Shown here in pieces: positions 31,609-32,000 of a DNA stretch of 32,000 nt. The position numbers were made by a program, and so were the translations under genes. Within the stretch, counting starts at the first letter, position 1; each line of letters opens with the position of its first letter. This DNA comes from Breznakia sp. PF5-3. GTDB lineage: Bacteria; Bacillota_I; Bacilli_A; Erysipelotrichales; Erysipelotrichaceae. The notes below the pieces were generated by a model that searched no databases, had not been told where the DNA came from, and saw nothing but the letters and a program-made list of their open reading frames with translations. The stretch lies in NCBI RefSeq assembly GCF_029504745.1, contig NZ_JAQFIQ010000005.1, forward strand, positions 39,278 through 71,277, given 5' to 3'.

Positions 31609-32000
31609 CTAGTATTCTTTTTTTATGTTTTTACTAATAACTACAAAACTTATTCCAAGTAATAAAACCCACAAGATCATATTGGTATTATCCCCTGTAG
31701 AAATTGCTGCTTTTCTCACAGTACTATTTTGTGGTCCTGTAGCTGGTTTTGAGATTGGAGCATCTTTTTTCCATACAGCATAAAGCACTAAATTTTTATC
31801 AATATTCCAATTGTTAAATGGTTGTGCATTTGTATATTCTGGAGTACCGTCTTTTTTTGTTGACCATCCTGCAAACGAATATCCTTTTTTTGTATATCCA
31901 ATAGAGTCTAAAGTGAAAGAATCATCATATACAGCATATCCATCACTCATTTGTCCATTTGTGGCACCATTACCATCATAAGTAACAGTATAATGATTTT
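31609..32000 (-). CDS. Surface protein C-terminus with a Listeria/Bacteroides (Flg_new) repeat and a C-terminal anchor-like tail; gene continues beyond the right edge
   Basis: The frame stays open to position 32000 (..NHYTVTYDGNGATNGQMSDGYAVYDDSFTLDSIGYTKKGYSFAGWSTKKDGTPEY...LVLYAVW). This is the classic Flg_new repeat. The C-terminus is ISTGDNTN, a TM helix and KNIKKEY. The track's Met at 31950 is internal. Confidence 0.75.
   Translation of the reverse strand, partial: NHYTVTYDGNGATNGQMSDGYAVYDDSFTLDSIGYTKKGYSFAGWSTKKDGTPEYTNAQPFNNWNIDKNLVLYAVWKKDAPISKPATGPQNSTVRKAAISTGDNTNMILWVLLLGISFVVISKNIKKEY

Noticed and set aside
1-32000. Looked for CRISPR arrays, tRNA/rRNA genes, prophage, defence-system or biosynthetic-cluster signatures
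   Set aside because: I found no spaced direct repeats and no cloverleaf-compatible or rRNA-like segments in the few intergenic regions. I also found no integrase, RT, helicase-nuclease or PKS/NRPS-like ORFs. The only mobile-element trace is the IS3 remnant.

Overview
AT-rich (by eye about one-third GC, not computed) chromosomal segment. Its signals are those of a low-GC Gram-positive (Bacillota): GGAGG-type RBSs, TTGACA/TATAAT and TGnTATAAT promoters, and hairpin+T-run terminators. The surface-protein types suggest gut Erysipelotrichales/Clostridia, which I cannot verify. I call 29 protein-coding genes (2 edge-truncated), one decayed IS3-family transposase remnant, one cobalamin riboswitch, and hand-derived promoters, terminators and operators.

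Left to right:
- yceD-like (partial), a sugar-phosphate nucleotidyltransferase, tmcAL, a GNAT and a yebC-family gene.
- A tightly packed minus-strand block cvpA-mutS2-uvrC-nagA, divergent from rnhC.
- A 154-aa hypothetical, then a Lys/Glu-rich helical protein with a GlsB/YeaQ/YmgE membrane protein.
- A 967-aa secreted GH3 glycosidase with an unusually long (482 bp) upstream region.
- A B12-riboswitch -> DUF4430 -> ECF S-component module.
- Quinone oxidoreductase and meso-DAP dehydrogenase.
- A small Cys-rich ORF, a MerR regulator and a YgiD-type extradiol dioxygenase.
- ftsX with a coiled-coil CHAP hydrolase, and no ftsE.
- A P-type ATPase, then a MacB-type ABC exporter with a divergent TetR regulator.
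- A 418-aa polytopic membrane protein, the IS3 remnant, and the 3' end of a Listeria/Bacteroides-repeat surface protein.

I did not find a convincing self-contained novel multi-gene system. There are no defence, toxin-antitoxin, phage, CRISPR or biosynthetic-cluster signatures, and most of the window is core or housekeeping DNA. The items most worth a second look are:
1. The riboswitch-gated DUF4430 + solitary S-component corrinoid module and its start-codon-sequestering hairpin.
2. An orphan promoter/cre/strong-terminator unit in the GH3 upstream region (attenuator or sRNA).
3. The ftsX-CHAP operon, which has its own promoter and no ftsE.
4. A textbook 19-bp-spacer MerR-type promoter that points into merR itself.
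5. Two surface proteins sharing a non-LPXTG '[ST]TGD' C-terminal sorting-like signal.

All coordinates of non-ORF features were counted by hand and may be off by a base or two.
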